Part shown: positions 51,338 to 60,479 of the stretch, piece by piece
Layout of the letters: every line of letters begins with the position of its first letter
Numbering within the stretch: position 1 is the stretch's first letter
Source of the DNA: Terriglobia bacterium
Lineage (GTDB): Bacteria > Acidobacteriota > Terriglobia > Acidiferrales > UBA7541
Assembly: GCA_963695545.1 (NCBI GenBank)
Contig: OY968796.1
Coordinates: 1,632,001 to 1,696,000, forward strand
Direction of reading: 5' to 3'
DNA: 64,000 nt
Program-made: the position numbers and the translations under genes
The notes under the pieces: model-generated
Seen by the model: the letters and a program-made list of their open reading frames with translations, nothing else
The model's database searches: none
Told to the model about the DNA's origin: nothing

Positions 51338-53059
51338 ATGCGTACCCTGCGAGTGATTTTCGTTGTATTGGCATTGAGCGTGGTCCCATTACGGGCGGCT
51401 GATCAGCCGGACACGTTGAATCAGGTGGAAGACCGCATTTTCGCGCAAGAGCACGCGGAGATCACCACTCTCAAGCAGTACTCGCCGCTGGTGGAAACCT
51501 ACATCCAGGAGCTTCGCTCGGACAAGGATCTCGGTACTACCGTACCGGCCGGCGACAGGTATTTCTTGAGCCGCGCCGAACTTGCGAAAGGCGTGGAGCT
51601 TGAGCCCCTTAGCGGCAGCGGAAGCAAGGGCCACCGGTTTATGGCCGGTCTGGGCTCGGTCTTCACCTTGCAAATGGATTTCTTGCCACGCGGCTTCTTG
51701 CAGATGATCTATATTGACGACACCGCTTTCGACCGCGAGCACTACAAAATGGACTATGTGCGTCGCGAATTCCTGGGCGAGGTTCGCTGCCTGGTGTTCG
51801 ACGTCACGCCGCTGCCAAATGCCGGCAAAGGGCGTTTCACGGGTCGCATTTGGGTCGAGGATCAGGATTACCACGTGGTGCGTTTCAACGGCGGCTACAC
51901 TGGCAACACTGCCAGCGGGTTCTATTTCCACTTCGATAGCTGGCGCGTGAACGCCGGCCCGAACCTGTGGTTGCCCGCGTTTATCTACAGCGAAGAATCC
52001 GACCTGCGGTACGCCCTGGGGAAGAGGCTGCAGTTCAAAGGGCAGACCCGGCTGTGGGGCTACAACCTCGGTCAGGCCCGCGAGGAAGAGGAGCTGAGCA
52101 AAGTTCTGGTGGAAGCGCCGACCTCAATCGACGACCAAACGCAGAATGCCAACGACCTCTCGCCCGTGCAGGCGCAGCGCTCTTGGGACCGCCAGGCGGA
52201 AGACAACGTCACGGACCGCCTCGAGCGCATGGGGCTTCTCGCGCCCCCAGGCGACGTCGACAAGGTCCTCGAAACCGTCGTCAATAATCTCGAAGTGACG
52301 AACAAACTAGACATCGAGCCCGAAATACGCTGCCGCGTGCTGCTCACCTCGACGCTGGAATCGTTCACCATCGGTCACACCATCGTTTTGAGCCGCGGCC
52401 TGATCGACGTTTTGCCAGATGAGGCGAGCCTTGCAACGATGCTCGCGCACGAGCTGGCCAGTGTCGTGCTCGGCTACCGTATCAATTCGCAATACGCTTT
52501 CTTCGATAACATTCTGTTCGACGACAAGGACGTCTTCCGCCACTTCGGATTCGCGCGCACCCCGGAAGAGGATCAAGCCGCGGACGTAGAGGCTGCCAAG
52601 TTACTCCGCAACTCTCCGTACAAAGACCAACTGGCCACAGCCAACCTCTTCATTCAGGCTCTTGATCAGCGCTCCAAGGAAATTCCCAACCTGATCAGCC
52701 CGCACTTGGGCGATCGTGTTCCGGTGAGCATGACGATCGAGGCGACTGCTTCTTCGACGCAACCGACATCGGCTCCGCCGGCTGCGGCGCCTGCGAATCT
52801 AATTGTGGCGTTGCCGCTCGGTGGCCGCGTGAAGATGAATCCCTGGGATGATTCGCTCGAACTGCTGAAGAGCAAGCCGGTCGGCACCGTCGCCGAGCAG
52901 GAAAGGATGCCCTTCGAGGTGACGCCGTTCATGTTGTATCTGACGCGTGAGACCGCCAGCACTTCCTCGCAGACGTCCGGCGCCATCGCACCGGTCTCTC
53001 AAGCTAATTCGACCCCGCTAGACTCGGGACACTTCGCCCTAATTCCGAATAAGCAGTAA
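51338..53059 (+). CDS. Secreted M48-family metalloprotease-like protein with altered zinc motif (HELAS)
   Basis: GGAGG RBS, signal peptide, ESFTIG..IVLSRGL.D...DE..LA..LAHEL, E..AD. Confidence 0.75.
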   Translation: MRTLRVIFVVLALSVVPLRAADQPDTLNQVEDRIFAQEHAEITTLKQYSPLVETYIQELRSDKDLGTTVPAGDRYFLSRAELAKGVELEPLSGSGSKGHRFMAGLGSVFTLQMDFLPRGFLQMIYIDDTAFDREHYKMDYVRREFLGEVRCLVFDVTPLPNAGKGRFTGRIWVEDQDYHVVRFNGGYTGNTASGFYFHFDSWRVNAGPNLWLPAFIYSEESDLRYALGKRLQFKGQTRLWGYNLGQAREEEELSKVLVEAPTSIDDQTQNANDLSPVQAQRSWDRQAEDNVTDRLERMGLLAPPGDVDKVLETVVNNLEVTNKLDIEPEIRCRVLLTSTLESFTIGHTIVLSRGLIDVLPDEASLATMLAHELASVVLGYRINSQYAFFDNILFDDKDVFRHFGFARTPEEDQAADVEAAKLLRNSPYKDQLATANLFIQALDQRSKEIPNLISPHLGDRVPVSMTIEATASSTQPTSAPPAAAPANLIVALPLGGRVKMNPWDDSLELLKSKPVGTVAEQERMPFEVTPFMLYLTRETASTSSQTSGAIAPVSQANSTPLDSGHFALIPNKQ

Positions 53060-53161
53060 AGTAAGGCTCGATTAGATTTCGGCGATTCCTAGACGAGGGT
53101 AATAACCGCCACTTCAACGCATCTCGGTTTATCGCGCTGCGTCCGGATGTGCCAGACGACG

Positions 53162-54430
53162 TCACCGCGCGGATTTGGTTCTTTCGCGCAAAATACGGAG
53201 GAACATTTCATGGATTTGCCGTCCGTTTTCATCCCAAGCGTATTGCTTCGTAGTCTGGGTTGCTCGTTCGCACAGGCGCGCGCGGAGTTCGGAATCTTCG
53301 CAGACGGCGCGCATTTGTGCGGCAAGCGGCTGCACTCGGCAAGCTTCAACCGTTCGATCGAGGCGTCGTACGGGCGCGTTTCATCGCTGCCCGCAACTTA
53401 TGGCGCGACCGGCAGATCGGCGAGCAGACACAAGGCTTCGAGGAGCGTGAGTAAATTTTTCAGCCACCCGTTTCCTACCAAAAGAAAAGCGAATTGGCTG
53501 TCAGAAGTGCGGATTTCTTTCGCGCCGCATCGCGCTGCGCCAAGCGCTTCCCGGGATTGGGGACCGCGTCATCAATTCCCATGTACACAAGGGGCAGATC
53601 GTCGCGCGGGCCGTAGAAGCGGTCCAAGTCGCGGACCGTCTCGCGCGCAATCAGAATCAATTGCGCACGCGTGTACAGGTGTCGTTGAAGCGCAACTACA
53701 GGGCGGTAGTAGATCCGCCGGTGCACAAGGCGCGGCCAGGAACGAACAGCATTTCGCCTGAGGGTGAGCTCTGGCCGCATCTGGCGAACGAATTCCGCGA
53801 AAACGAAATGAATCGAAATGGCATCAGCGTCGAGACAATTGGTTCCTGGCGTGAAAATGAGGTCGCGCCGGATCGCGCGAAACGTGCGGTCCCACCACCG
53901 CCAGATGTGATTCGCCGCGAGCCACCACACAAAACTTCCGATGTGCGGTCCGGAAATTTCTGGAACGCAATGCCAAGTCAACTTCGTGAGATCCAGATCC
54001 TCGGCGCGCTGACTGTAGACGTGAACGTCATAATCTTCGGTCAAACGCGAAGTCCATTCGGCGACATGGCGCTCTGTGCCGTGACGCTTGTCGATGAACG
54101 GAGAAACGACCGCGAGAACTTGCTTGGAGGGAGGCTTCGCCATCTGTGGCGTAACCTTCATCGTTTCGCGCCAGCGCTGCAGCACCAAGAGCGACTGGGC
54201 GCGCGACCGCTCAAAAAGGAGATCGCGAGACGGATATTCGACGGGGAGCAATTGTTGATGACTTTGAACCCATTGCTGTCAGGACTGCGGTGCGGGGGAG
54301 CAGCCGTCATCGTCCGGGCGGACGCCACATGCGCCGGCGTCAGGTTTCGCGCCACGATGCCACCAATTCGGCGCGCGTTGTGAGGAATCTCCTCCAGTGC
54401 GATGACGGCGAACGATTTGAGAATGCTACA
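53162..54430 (-). pseudogene. Decayed, internally deleted second copy of asnB + GT4 (47033-50200)
   Basis: Colinear homology: ARNLTP.HV.SAR.MTAA from the AsnB N-terminus joined to VLQRW.E.MKVT from the AsnB C-terminus, then LAVVSPFIDKRHGTER; start codon lost, frameshifts present. Confidence 0.9.
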
Positions 54431-54497
54431 GCGACGCTAAGATCGTCGTCTAAGATGCCGGAGCTTAGTTTGAGTCGGTTCGATCCACAACTTTTAG

Positions 54498-54731
54498 TCA
54501 GGCGAGTTGTCGATGAGCTTTCTGGTGACACGCGACGCAAAGAGCGATCAGATTCTCGGCCGTGTCGTCACCCAGACGACTCCGCGGCTGAATATGATGG
54601 ACCTGAAGTCCCTCGATCGAGCCGCACGATTGGCACCTCCAGCCATCTCTCTCCAGGACTCTACGGCAAAGCTCACGATACGCTTCAGCGCTCAGCTTCA
54701 AGCGTGGCCGTTTGGATCGGATATCAGTCAA
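54498..54731 (-). CDS. Small HNH endonuclease
   Basis: VLERDGWRCQSCG...VHHI.PRS..G.....NLIALC..CH..H; TTG start overlapping upstream stop. Confidence 0.88.
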   Translation of the reverse strand: MTDIRSKRPRLKLSAEAYRELCRRVLERDGWRCQSCGSIEGLQVHHIQPRSRLGDDTAENLIALCVACHQKAHRQLA

Positions 54732-55447
54732 TGGACGACCTGAACGTTCTCGAAGAGTTGCTCTCGCTGCCGCGTAGGAAGGCCGAGTACCAGCCGAGTG
54801 AGAGCCGACAGAAGAACATCCTGTTTGTCCGTCTCCAAGCTCGCCCCCGCCAGAAAATCCGCGCAGATCATCTCGAGACAGTAGCCGCGCGACTTGTCGC
54901 TCCCCAGCATCAGAGCCGCTGTTTCGAGCGCCTGCTCGATCACAGGAAGTTGGCTCTTGTAAGCCTTGAAATACAGGATCTCCCACGGCTCGGTCTCTTT
55001 GCCGGTCAGGTAATGATCGACGGCGCGCTTAAATTCCTCTCGCGGCATCGTACTGGCCTTCTGCACCCAGGGTGCACAATCGAACTTCTGCCGATCCCGC
55101 CGCGCCACCTTCGCCAATTCCCTTGCTTTAGTCCAACCGATCAGCTCGAGTTCCCGCTTGCGGACCGGAGTCAGGTGCTCGTGGATGGCCATGAGGTAGT
55201 AAGCCTTGCGTCTTGATTCCGGGAACTTCCTCTCCAGGAACTCGTCGAACGAACGTACGTTGTCTACCCTCCAGTACTGCCCCGTCCGAACTTCGCAGAG
55301 GTACCGACCCAATTCTACAAACTTCGAGTCCCGTTCGCGGTCAGTTGCCTTCTCCCAGGCCAAGATCTCATCGATCTTCGAGAGCACGAACACCGCGCGC
55401 CGACGATTGAGCTTCGGACGCACCAGAACTCGTCCGTTAGTCGTCAA
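54728..55447 (-). CDS. Hypothetical protein of the nuclease cassette
   Basis: Uninterrupted, protein-like ORF overlapping neighbours at both ends; start at TTG 55447 is inferred. Confidence 0.75.
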   Translation of the reverse strand: MTTNGRVLVRPKLNRRRAVFVLSKIDEILAWEKATDRERDSKFVELGRYLCEVRTGQYWRVDNVRSFDEFLERKFPESRRKAYYLMAIHEHLTPVRKRELELIGWTKARELAKVARRDRQKFDCAPWVQKASTMPREEFKRAVDHYLTGKETEPWEILYFKAYKSQLPVIEQALETAALMLGSDKSRGYCLEMICADFLAGASLETDKQDVLLSALTRLVLGLPTRQREQLFENVQVVH

Positions 55448-56240
55448 GCCCGTTAAGCCAATCAAGGTCGCTCGCTCCCGGTTGACGAATGAGTTTGGCC
55501 TCAACCAATGGTTCGTTCCCGAGGCACAGACCGAGGTGGGCACAACTGACGCAGCCGTTCTGCGGGAAACGAATTCCAGGTCGAGGAGGAAATTGGGCAG
55601 TCTCGATTTGACCGACGGTCGCTTCCACTAACTTGCCAAACTCCCTGCGCTGTTCTTCGGTGATCGATGCCAGCAGATACTGAATCTCCGGGACGCGCTT
55701 CCTGACAAAAGCCACAATCGCTACATCGGAGATGCCCGTGACCCAGGAGTAGCAGACCAACTGGAGGTCAAGCGAGGTCAGCCCTTCGGGCTGCTCTGGA
55801 TAACGAGCACTGGTGGTTTTCCATTCGAGCAAACGCCGCTTGCCGTCCAAGGTGCCGATCGCATCGACATAGGCCACGAATTCGTGGCCGTTGGGGAGCG
55901 TGCGAACGAGTTTCTTCTGCAGGTTGCCTTGCGGTTCGGGAACGCGAATCCGATCATCTTGGGCAAACCGCTCGAGCAAACCAATCCCTTGCCGAAGCAT
56001 GTGCTCCCAGCTGTCGCCGCGCGAGAACTCGATCGTAGTTTCGCGATAAGCTCCCCACTCCTTGAACAGCACTGCTCCCGGGTCGTCACCCTCGAAGATC
56101 CCCGCGAGAGCCTTCTCAAAGCAGCGGCCGAAGCACAGCAACGCTCGAGACTCGGTCTCCTTCCAGCCGTCCAGATACCGAAAGCGATAGCTCCGTGGGC
56201 AGCGCAGGTACTGCGAAATCTGCGTATAGCTAAAGGTCAT
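55437..56240 (-). CDS. PD-(D/E)XK RecB-family nuclease with AddB/Cas4-like four-Cys motif
   Basis: SYTQI..Y..CP..Y, VDAI...LEWKT, QL.CY, C-terminal CVSC.....C. Confidence 0.88.
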   Translation of the reverse strand: MTFSYTQISQYLRCPRSYRFRYLDGWKETESRALLCFGRCFEKALAGIFEGDDPGAVLFKEWGAYRETTIEFSRGDSWEHMLRQGIGLLERFAQDDRIRVPEPQGNLQKKLVRTLPNGHEFVAYVDAIGTLDGKRRLLEWKTTSARYPEQPEGLTSLDLQLVCYSWVTGISDVAIVAFVRKRVPEIQYLLASITEEQRREFGKLVEATVGQIETAQFPPRPGIRFPQNGCVSCAHLGLCLGNEPLVEAKLIRQPGASDLDWLNGLDD

Positions 56241-56664
56241 GGGACGCCCCCTGCCTGATCCTCCCTGACACGGAGACTTCTTCCCACTCGCATGCTGGCG
56301 CGAACCCGCCGAGATTGAGGTAAGTGCGGCCGTTCAGGGTGGTATAGGAAATCCGCACGATTCCACGCAGGCCAAGGAGCGCCTTTTCATCGACTTCATC
56401 GCTGCCCGTAGGACCCGGGTCATAGCCGAAATCGCGCAGGAACCAGCGGAGTTTCCAGAGAGCTTTTTCGGTGCAGTAGAGACGCCCAGTCAGTGAACGG
56501 CCTTGATGTTCGTGCGGTTCGAGGATTGCGAGTCGCAAAGCATAGAACGGTCGCTCCGGATGCCAACGATAGAGGACGCGATCGACGCGAACCAGAAAAA
56601 CGCCGTCTATGGACTCTTTGTGGCTGGGCGGGTCGCAATACAAACCTGGGATGTGGCGCCTCAT
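56230..56664 (-). CDS. Putative single-stranded DNA-binding protein (DUF669-like OB fold)
   Basis: DG.FLVRV, ..EP....GR.L..RLY.TEKALWKL..FL..FG pattern; position between annealase-like and nuclease genes. Confidence 0.5.
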   Translation of the reverse strand: MRRHIPGLYCDPPSHKESIDGVFLVRVDRVLYRWHPERPFYALRLAILEPHEHQGRSLTGRLYCTEKALWKLRWFLRDFGYDPGPTGSDEVDEKALLGLRGIVRISYTTLNGRTYLNLGGFAPACEWEEVSVSGRIRQGASHDL

Positions 56665-57464
56665 GAGCTGACTTCCGTTCGCTTGGAATAGCTGTTGAGT
56701 TGAGCGATCAGCGCCTCGCGATCCTTGGCAGCTGACTCAGCAAGCTTGTTGATAAAATCTTCGACCTGATCTCGGTTGGCATCTCGGAGGACTGTGGTTC
56801 GACAGTAATCGGCGGCATAGGCTTTCACGAGTCCAGCATCGAGCTTGTGCTGACGAATCAACATGCAGAGGCGATCGCGGAGTCGAGGTTGGCTGCTGTG
56901 GTGGCCATTATTTCCGTTCGAGGAAGTGGCCGGCTGAACTGGCCGTTCGGGCGAAATCGACCTGGGGACCCAGCCAAGTTCCTCGACCGAACAGAGCCCG
57001 ATGCCGTACGCCTTGCGCAGGGCGCGGTTAACGGCGCGGGTCTCAGCGACGCGCATTTCAGCGCCGTGCACGATCGAGGAGACATTGGACGGATCGGCGT
57101 CACCGAAACCCACAAATCCCTTCGAGCGCGGAGATGTGTAGACCGTCGCCTTAAAGACCCAGCGGCACGAGGCCGGATCTGACAGCCCCTTGTCTACAGT
57201 GGTTCTCATCCCAGAGCAGTGACTGCGCTGTGCTATGCGGAGCAAGCCGGCGTGCGTCACATACCAATTGCCGTCAAGAAGTCTCAAGTCACCTGCACCG
57301 ACTGACAATTGGAGTTCTTCGGTCACGGATTTAAGCATTGCGACTTGCTCCGGCGAGATTCCCCAGTTTCTCCGCGCAAACCGGATGTTGCGGATAGCCA
57401 AGAGACGTCGTTGCGTTTTTTCCACCAAGGACCGAGGGTCCTTAGCCTTTGTGTTGCGATTCAT
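56661..57464 (-). CDS. Putative single-strand annealing protein (Rad52/RecT-superfamily-like)
   Basis: YVTHAGLL.IA, VFKATV, G.GDA, AETRAVNRALRKAYGIG helix motif, low-complexity linker and small C-terminal domain; GGGAG RBS. Confidence 0.55.
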   Translation of the reverse strand: MNRNTKAKDPRSLVEKTQRRLLAIRNIRFARRNWGISPEQVAMLKSVTEELQLSVGAGDLRLLDGNWYVTHAGLLRIAQRSHCSGMRTTVDKGLSDPASCRWVFKATVYTSPRSKGFVGFGDADPSNVSSIVHGAEMRVAETRAVNRALRKAYGIGLCSVEELGWVPRSISPERPVQPATSSNGNNGHHSSQPRLRDRLCMLIRQHKLDAGLVKAYAADYCRTTVLRDANRDQVEDFINKLAESAAKDREALIAQLNSYSKRTEVSS

Positions 57465-57573
57465 TGGTCACTCCCAGTATCCTTCGTTGAGTTCGCCCAA
57501 CCGGCTGCCGCAGCGAGTTCTACGGGTGGCTCGTGGGGAATCGGACTCGAAGTGCGTTCCACTCTATAAGGAT

Positions 57574-57603
57574 ATTATATCTATATAAGGATTAACAGGT
57601 CAA
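57574..57603 (-). promoter_or_regulatory. Sigma70-like promoter of the nuclease operon (TTGACC-N18-TATAAT) overlapped by TATAAGGAT direct repeats
   Basis: -35 at 57603-57598, -10 at 57579-57574; repeats at 57565-57573 and 57584-57592 in a very AT-rich patch. Confidence 0.7.
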
Positions 57604-57632
57604 GCGCAAAATCTCGAGCATCGAACGTTACC

Positions 57633-57839
57633 GTGGAATGGAAAACGGTTGGGCGACGTATTCGGGAACTCCGCGGCTTCGATTTGACCCAGGAGGAGTT
57701 TGCTCGGCGTATTGGGATCAGCCAGAACTACCTTTCAACGATGGAGCGGGGAAATGTTCAGATCGGATCCGAGATTCTCTTGAGGATCAGCCGCGAGTTC
57801 GGAAAATCGATCGAGTGGCTGCTTACTGGAGTAGACTAG
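57633..57839 (+). CDS. XRE-family helix-turn-helix transcriptional regulator
   Basis: GRRIRELR...TQEEFA..IGISQNYLS.MERG...SIEWLLTG; divergent from the operon. Confidence 0.92.
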   Translation: MEWKTVGRRIRELRGFDLTQEEFARRIGISQNYLSTMERGNVQIGSEILLRISREFGKSIEWLLTGVD

Positions 57840-58498
57840 AAATTGATTGGCCAAGAGCGCCGAGAAGGCCCCAGCGGTGGGCGCCATCACGGCCCCGTCT
57901 TAGTAGCACCGGTCTGCACTGCGCGCCCCGTATGAGCCGTCGGCCGGCACTTAATTGCGCGCAAGAACCAGTGAGTAGGGGATTCTCAGAGGAATCGAGG
58001 GAATGGATTTGCCGGACTTCAGGAATATGGCCCTCACGCCCACCCATACCGCGGGACGCCTCAAGCTTTCGACGCTTCGTTTGTCTTTTGCCAAACGAAC
58101 CCAACTGGGAGCTTCCGCCGCGGTGGACGGTCAGGTCCACGTCCAAGGCTGCGGGTGGTGTAACGGCCACATCTGATCGGGCGGCTTGCAATCTGCGGAG
58201 TTCGCCGAGGTTCGGCTGGTTGCATCTGTGAACGTCGATGTTATCGATGCCGGGAGAAGAAAAGAACGACTTCACGGAGAAACCATTTGCTTCAGGACGA
58301 ACACGACTTTACTGGTTTGTGCGGCTGCGGTGCGGACGCCCCGCTCACCCGTCGCCGTCGCGCCCGCTTCCTGCAAACTGTTTCCTTTTTCGCGCCGTCT
58401 GTGATTCAGGGCTCTTGCAGCGGGCCGTACGCTGTGCAAAGCTCGATTCGGCGTTGGGACGCACAGCGTTGGGGAATTCTCCCATTTCGCCGTCCGGT

Positions 58499-58834
58499 GT
58501 GAGCACGTCGTACAGCAGAGCCCGCACGGTACCCCGCTACACATTCGTCGCAGTGGCGGAAGTCACCGACACGACAAACCAAACGTGTCGGGTCGTAAGA
58601 ATCGCCGAACTGAGCCGCAACGGCTGTTTCGTGGACACGCTGAATCCGCTTCCGCTCGGCACTCCTCTAAAAGTCGTCATCTACGGAGGCCAAGGGACCT
58701 TCGCCACCAATGGGAAGGTCATCTACGTCTAAGGGTCAATTGGCATGGGCATCGCGTATCTCGACTCTTCCGCCGAGGAAGCGAAGGTACTCGACGCTTG
58801 GCTCGCTAGCCGCCCTCCGGCCCAAGCCTTGTAG
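58499..58834 (+). pseudogene. PilZ domain gene with in-frame TAA at 58730-58732
   Basis: RTVPRY, ELSRNGCFVDTLNPLP.GT, GKVIYV*GSIGMGIAY...LDAWL continues in the same frame. Confidence 0.8.
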
Positions 58835-59066
58835 GCGAGCCCTGTACCGAAATAGATTTCGGTGCTGAGCGAGCCTCGAGAAAGGAAAATGATTCAGGAA
58901 CGGACGGGGAGAAGTGTTAGCTTCTGGCTCTCGGGTTTTGCGCAACCGTCGGAAAGGTTCTGTGGTCAAAAACCCGGCTGGATCATTTCATGGTCATGGG
59001 CACGTATATACGTTTTCGGCCAGCCGGGAGGTCAGAACGGAAATTCCGAATCAGCAGGTGGTGAGA

Positions 59067-59969
59067 ATGCCTCGAGAGAGTGTGCCTCGAAGTGGCCGAA
59101 TTCCGAAAGAGGTCGGCGTTCTGCTGACGGGAAGCGACGCGGATGGCAAGGTTTTCGCTGAGGAGACCAGGACCGTCATGCTCAGTCGATACGGGGCGGA
59201 AGTTGTTTCGCGACATACGCTATACCCAGAGCAGGAGATGATTCTTTGTCGGCTGGACATGCATAAAGAGGCAGAGGTCCGTATCGTTGGGAAGATCGGA
59301 TTTCAATCCCGCAGCTACACCTATGGTGTAGCGTTTCTAGACCCAAACATCATCTTCTGGGACGTCGAGTTCCCGCCTTTGACTGAATTGGAGAAGGCGG
59401 CGCGCCGCTGCTTGCTTGAGTGCAGCAGATGTAAAAACCGCGAGATCGTCGAACACGGGGACATCGAACGGCAGGTCTTCGCAATCAACGATGGTATCGT
59501 GCGGCACTGCGAACGCTGCGGATGCTCAACCGCTTGGATTCGTGCTGCTGACGACGCCGATGACAAATGGGTTTCGCCCGAATCCGAGCATGAGCCAGAG
59601 CAGGCCGCGTTTCAGGCTCCACCGGCGGAATCCGAGATCCCGATGCCGGCAGTACAGCCAAGAAACAAACGGAAGCACGTTCGCGCGAATGTAAATTTCA
59701 CCGCGTGCATCCGTCGTCCTGGTTTTGATGACGACGTCGTCATCTGTGAAGACATGTCGCGAGGTGGTTTCTGCTTTAGGAGCAGCAAGCGATACCACGT
59801 CAATTCATTTATTGAAGTAGCTGTACCATACTCGGCAGGTGCCCCAAGCATTTTTGTCCCGGCAGAGATCGTGTACGTACTCGATCTGCCAGAGAAAGGA
59901 CTTTTCAGGTGTGGCGCGGCTTACAACAGAACGCCTTGGGGGGCCTTCGCTGTAGAGCGGGATGTGTGA
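59067..59969 (+). CDS. Tandem PilZ-like / zinc ribbon / PilZ protein
   Basis: N-terminal degenerate PilZ (RSGRI, LSRYG, YGVAF), CSRC...CERC, C-terminal RKHVR and DMSRGG. Confidence 0.8.
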   Translation: MPRESVPRSGRIPKEVGVLLTGSDADGKVFAEETRTVMLSRYGAEVVSRHTLYPEQEMILCRLDMHKEAEVRIVGKIGFQSRSYTYGVAFLDPNIIFWDVEFPPLTELEKAARRCLLECSRCKNREIVEHGDIERQVFAINDGIVRHCERCGCSTAWIRAADDADDKWVSPESEHEPEQAAFQAPPAESEIPMPAVQPRNKRKHVRANVNFTACIRRPGFDDDVVICEDMSRGGFCFRSSKRYHVNSFIEVAVPYSAGAPSIFVPAEIVYVLDLPEKGLFRCGAAYNRTPWGAFAVERDV

Positions 59970-60042
59970 TTCACTCTGTCACTGGGCGCAGCGGCAGAGC
60001 GACCTCAATATCTGTTACACAAAGAATCCCGCGGGGCTCGAG

Positions 60043-60211
60043 ATCCCAGGCGGTGGCGTGGGTTACAAATTGGATCCGAGCATCGGCGTTCGCGTGATTC
60101 AGGCGCAATACCTTTATCGCAGTTCTTGAACGCCGTCGGCGCCGCGACCGCAACCGCCATAACCATATCAGGCTCAGCGCTGGAATCACATTTGGCCTCG
60201 GTAGACGCTGA
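60043..60211 (+). pseudogene. Remnant of an outer-membrane beta-barrel protein C-terminus
   Basis: IPGGGVGYKL...IGVRVIQAQYLY then, after a frameshift, NHIRLSAGITFGLGRR*. Confidence 0.55.
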
Positions 60212-60479
60212 CAGCCTTCGTGTACGGGTTCGTTGAAATCGTACGAGAACACTGCCACCCGTTTGGGCTGCTGACAGATTGAACATCGGGGACCCGCTCG
60301 TTGCTCTTCCGCGCCTCCCGTCGTGCAATTATTGAGTCCGTGATACAACCGAAGCGCGCCTCGCTGCGCTCTATTGCGTAGCCCAACTCGGTCGCCACGC
60401 AATTGAAACGGAGTTCGAAGGCTAGCGGCTCGCGGACGCGTTCCTATAAGCGACTCCATCATTCAGGACGAATCAGAAT

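Noticed and set aside
54290..55216. 308-aa plus-strand ORF
   Set aside because: Antisense to the HNH and hypothetical genes; no motifs
55437..56240. Cas4 / CRISPR-Cas locus
   Set aside because: The four-Cys RecB-type motif is shared with non-Cas nucleases; no cas1/cas2 and no repeat-spacer array seen
54498..57839. Intact prophage or ICE
   Set aside because: No integrase, att-flanked tRNA, replication, conjugation or virion genes visible; a remnant cannot be excluded
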